Source: Octopus sinensis (lineage: Eukaryota). Taken from it: DNA of 64,000 bases. Below the pieces are notes generated by a model that was given only the letters and a program-made list of their open reading frames with translations, searched no databases and was not told the origin of the DNA. The position numbers were made by a program, and so were the translations under genes. Each line of letters starts with the position of its first letter. Positions within the stretch are counted from its first letter, which is position 1. The DNA lies in assembly GCF_006345805.1 (NCBI RefSeq), contig NC_043013.1:45446001-45510000 (forward strand). Reading direction: 5' to 3'. Positions 59,699 through 64,000 of this stretch are shown in pieces.

Positions 59699-59857
59699 GG
59701 CACGCCAACTTCAAAAGAACTTCCCCCGATGCAATCGCGCTCTGTCTCTTTCGCTTTTGCGCCAACTTGAAAAGATACCCTTCCTTCCACCCCACATATA
59801 TAAAAAAAATTATTTTTAAATTTACAGAAAGTGACGATCAACTTCACAACCATAAAC
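58689..59857. mobile_element. Fold-back element with ~160-bp diverged TIRs and microsatellite-filled interior
   Basis: GGAAGTTCTTTTGAAGTTGGCGTG (~58819) / CACGCCAACTTCAAAAGAACTTCC (59701); TTGTGAAGATGATCGTC / GACGATCAACTTCACAA; internal ~90-bp direct repeat and (TAYG)n. Confidence 0.65.
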
Positions 59858-60139
59858 ATGTGTATCATAGTTTGACAACTATGGTACTCATACCGTAATT
59901 TAGCCCGATAAGGGCCAAACAATTAGGGTTGAAAGTTTCTTTGGGCTGTCTCCAACCGATGGTCCTCCACCACAATACAGTATTCTAAAATTATTCCAAG
60001 CATTAAAAATTATATATTTCCCTTGACTGTTGTTTAACATGCAAATGATGTCATTGTTGGACTTCAAAAAATATTTCTATCATTCTGTGTAAATATGCGT
60101 ATATACATGCATACCTATATATATATATATCTATATCAA

Positions 60140-60212
<73 letters not shown>

Positions 60213-60338
60213 ATCTCTCCCTCTCTCTCTCTCTCTCTCTCTTTATATATATATATATATATTATATATATATATATATATAATATATATATATATATAT
60301 AATATATATATATAATATATATATATACAAGAGTTATG

Positions 60339-60591
60339 GAATGCGGTGGGAAAAGTTCGGGCTACATATGTTTCATACTGAGTGGAACCTCAGAAGATTC
60401 AATCAGAATTTTGTCAATTGAATCTTCTATGTGTCAACATGTACCTCCTTGCAACAATGTAACCTTTAATCTAATCAAGATATCCTTGGCCTGAAGAGTT
60501 GCTGGCGGTGTACACTTCATTTGGATTTTACAACTTCTGAGGTTCCACACACTCTGAAACAAGTGTAGCCTGGATTTTTCCTACTGCATTC
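60339..60591. mobile_element. Degenerate fold-back MITE
   Basis: ~58-bp arms GAATGCGGTGGGAAAAGTTCGGGCTACA..GGAACCTCAGAAG and its diverged reverse complement. Confidence 0.55.
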
Positions 60592-60747
60592 TGTAAATCT
60601 TGTATTCTTTTTGCGCACACTCGGCAACCTTGATAAAGAAAAATAATCCACAACCTTCCGTCTCAATAAACCACTGTTCTTCCTGAAAGTTTTTTTTTTA
60701 TTTTAATATTTACTACGGATTGCTCGAAGCTAGCTTTCTTTCTATAC

Positions 60748-60821
<74 letters not shown>

Positions 60822-61196
60822 AACAATATTTTATAATTACGAGTATAATTATAATTAGGGTTCAGCAAAGATTTGCTTTACCACATACCGAAGTTTAGAA
60901 ATAGCAGCCAAAGAACCCTAGCTATTTCTTCTACTGTCAGAAGAGACTCCCGGACAAAACAAAATACTCGAAATAACCCATGCAGACAGAAAGAAAACTC
61001 AAAGAAACTCACTCGGTATCTGATTACCTGTGGACACGTTTCGGAATTAGATTGGTATGAAGAATGTAAAAATCATAAATCACCCAAACATTTTCCTCTT
61101 CAGCACAGGACTCCACGATATTAAATTTGAGAGCACTGGAAAAATTGAACATACCTATCCAATGATAAAATAATATATATATATTATATATATATT

Positions 61197-61585
61197 ACAG
61201 GAGTGGCTGTGTGGTAAGTAGCTTGCTAACCAACCACATGGTTCCAGGTTCAGTCCCACTGCGTGGCATCTTGGGCAAGTGTCTTCTGCTATAGCCCCGG
61301 GCCGACCAATGCCTTGTGAGTGGATTTGGTAGACGGAAACTGAAAGAAGCCTGTCATATATATGTGTGTGTATATGTTTGTGTGTCTGTGTTTGTTTCCC
61401 TAGCATTGTTTGACAACCGATGCTGGTGTGTTTACGTCCCCGTCACTTAGCGGTTCGGCAAAAGAGACCGATAAAATATGTACTGGGCTTACAAAGAATA
61501 AGTCCCGGGGTCGATTTGCTCGACTAAAGGCGGTGCTCCAGCATGGCTGCAGTCAAATGACTGAAACAAGTAAAAGAGTAAAGAG
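61197..61585 (+). mobile_element. SINE family B, full length
   Basis: CAGGAGTGGCTGTGTGGTAAG..CAGTCAAATGACTGAAACAAGTAAAAGAGTAAAAGAG. Confidence 0.9.
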
Positions 61586-61630
61586 ATATATATGTATGTA
61601 TGCACACACTCACATACACATACATAAATA

Positions 61631-63274
61631 TAGTATCTCACAGAAGTATGTACACCCTATAGGATTATTTGCTTTATTCAATATTTGGTGTGACCACCCT
61701 TAATTTCAATGACTGCATTAAGTCTTCTGGGCATAGAATTGAGTAAATCTCCACATATAACCGATGAAATCAACCTTCATTCATCCTAAATGATGTCTTT
61801 CAACTGTGTTATATTGCAGAGTTTTTTTCTCTCCTCAACCTTCCTTTTCAAAACACCCCACAGATCTTCTGTTGGATTTATTTCGGGTGACATGGTAGGC
61901 CAAGGCAATACCTTTACCTTTTTTGTCCGATAAAAACTTAGTCGTCATCTTTCAAGTGTGTTTAGGGTCATTATCATGTTGGAGCATGGAATGTCTTCCT
62001 AGTTCCTTGATGCTTTTCAACATTGTTTTCTGCAATATGTCACAATAAATCCTTGAGTCTATTGTCCTCTCAATAAATGTGAGTCCTCCCAAACCAGCCG
62101 CACCCATGCATCCCCAAAGTATAACACTTCCGCCGCTGTGTTTCACAGTAGGGACGGTGCATTTGTCTCTATTATCTTTACCTATTCGTCGCTATATTCA
62201 TTTAATAGCATCTGACAAAGGCGGCGAGCTGGCAGAAACGTTAGCACACCGGGCGAAATGCTTAGTGATCTTTACGTTCTGAGTTCAAATTCCGCCGAGG
62301 TAGACTTTGCCTTTCATCCTTTCGGGGTCGATAAATTAAGAACCAGTTGCATACTGGGGTCGATGTAATCGACTGGCCCTCTCCCCAAAAATTTCGGGCC
62401 TTGTGCCTAGAGTAGAAAAGAATACCATCTGACCCAAACAAGTTGATTTTAGTCTCGTCAGAAGAAATAATTTTATGGGTTTCGGCAAAAGAAACTCCAC
62501 TTGATTTATGCCTAGTAGAGAAAAGAGGATTCCTACGAGGAATGCGTCCATGAAGAACACACTGGTTCCAACTTCGGCAAACTGTTTGGGTGGGTACACT
62601 CTTTCCACTAACAGAAGACACTTTGTGGGCCAAAGGTGAAGCGGTACGACGCCTGTCGTCCATCACACAACATTGGATGTGGCGAATATCATGCACAGTT
62701 AAAACAGATGGATGACATGGACAATGTTTATTGCTCAGCCGTCCAGTAGCTTTGTACTTCTGAATTACTCTGGCAACTCTCTTTACTTTAATATGTATTC
62801 GTTTGCTAATTAACTTGTATCCTAAACCATTCTTGTGCAAATTAAAAATAATTTTCTTCGAATCTTCAGACAATTCTTTTCCTTTTGGTGCCATTTTAAT
62901 GACAATGAAGAAGATTCTCACCACGGTACACAAATCAGAATTCCTGCAGATGCAATAACAATAACCGGTGCAAAAATGCCAGGAGAAATAATTTATTAGA
63001 ATTGAAATTATCAACAATATTTGAATTTAGTAAAAAAAAAAAATGGATAAAATATTGAATATAGCAAATTTCCTTAACATATTTTTGTAACGCTTTAAAA
63101 TTAATATTTTGTTCATATCATTGAAAATGTTTATTGTTTTACGTTCCAAATTTGTATAATGTTTGCATGTATATTTTATTCAGTATAAATTTCATTTGAT
63201 TTCCTTTGATATTATCAGAGTAATGGCAATTTTACTGAAATTTTTAGGGGTATATATACTTCTGTGAGATACTG
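61631..63274 (-). mobile_element. Full-length Tc1 (DD34E-type) transposon, inactivated
   Basis: TIR (C)AGTATCTCACAGAAGTATRTAYACCC at both ends; ORF MAPKGKELSED..RRNPL..SDETKINLFGSDG / TVKHSGGSVILWGC..QHDNDPKHT; SINE insertion and frameshifts. Confidence 0.92.
62217..62420 (+). mobile_element. SINE family A inserted in the Tc1 transposase
   Basis: 13-bp TSD AATA(G/C)CATCTGAC at 62204-62216 / 62421-62433. Confidence 0.9.
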
Positions 63275-63324
63275 TGTATGTGTATATGCACACGCACATA
63301 CACATATATATGTATATATATATA

Positions 63325-63626
63325 TATATATACACACGCATGCACACACACACACTCACACACACACACACACACACATGTATATATATATATATATATA
63401 CATATATATTTTTTCTCGTATATATACATATATGTTTTTCTCATAAATTATTTGCTCTCTATTGAAATTTTATATATATACACACGCATGCACACACACA
63501 CACTCACACACACACACACACACACATGTATATATATATATATATATACATATATATTTTTTCTCGTATATATACATATATGTTTTTCTCATAAATTATT
63601 TGCTCTCTATTGAAATTTTATATATA
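63325..63626 (+). repeat. 148-bp tandem duplication of a microsatellite-rich block
   Basis: Two near-identical copies including TTTTTCTCATAAATTATTTGCTCTCTATTGAAATTT. Confidence 0.85.
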
Positions 63627-63664
63627 TATACACATATATATACATATATATATATATATTCCAC

Positions 63665-64000
63665 CATTGCCTCAAAGTGGCTCCAGAACATGGTGCATGC
63701 ATTCCATAATCCAAAGGGATTATAATCAGGAGAAATTAGGAGGCCAGAAATTGCAATTAATGAAGATGTAAAAATTTCCCAACAACCACTTGTGACTCTT
63801 TCTGGGGGTTATGGCAAAGAGCCATATCCTGCTGCCACACATATGACCTCCCAGCACCAATACCCTTCAGCCAGGGTTTGATCATAGGGTGTCTGAATTA
63901 AGCCTGAGATCCTGTTCAAAGATCTGGGATGGCATGCTGTCCCCCTCACTGGAGGCACCAAAGACCACCTCAATTTGAGGGAACTTGGTTCACATAATGT
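63665..64000 (-). pseudogene. Tc1/mariner (maT/DD37D-like) transposase remnant, cut by window edge
   Basis: Minus strand VFGASSEGDSMPSQIFEQDLRLNSD..WQQD..CH..KSHKWLLGNFY..FWPPN.SPDYNPLDY (frameshifted). Confidence 0.75.

Overview
AT-rich, repeat-saturated eukaryotic non-coding DNA. It is most likely coleoid cephalopod (Octopus-like), judged from recalled tRNA-derived SINE families and extreme (TA)n/(CA)n/(TATC)n/(TAYG)n microsatellite content; this was not checked against a database. There is no intact host gene, RNA gene or CRISPR array, and nearly all listed ORFs are microsatellite or repeat artefacts. Contents: about 30 SINE copies of four tRNA-headed families; 11 copies of a ~420-bp GG..CC-ended MITE with 8-bp TSDs (Merlin-like) carrying internal TTAGGG repeats; Helitron/HINE-like non-autonomous elements; and decayed coding remnants of Tc1 (x2), mariner, maT/DD37D-like, hAT-Buster, Merlin, Gypsy integrase, RTE (x2) and Tx1/L1. 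There is also a 3.6-kb satellite and a 107-bp minisatellite, both built from retroposon 3' tails. The most notable signal is a set of small non-coding elements with Penelope-like hallmarks: minimal type I hammerhead-ribozyme folds in three apparently unrelated families (one with inverted/tandem pLTR-like architecture), plus an asymmetric snap-back family with ~12-bp TSDs. All calls were made by eye, and boundaries of degenerate copies are approximate.
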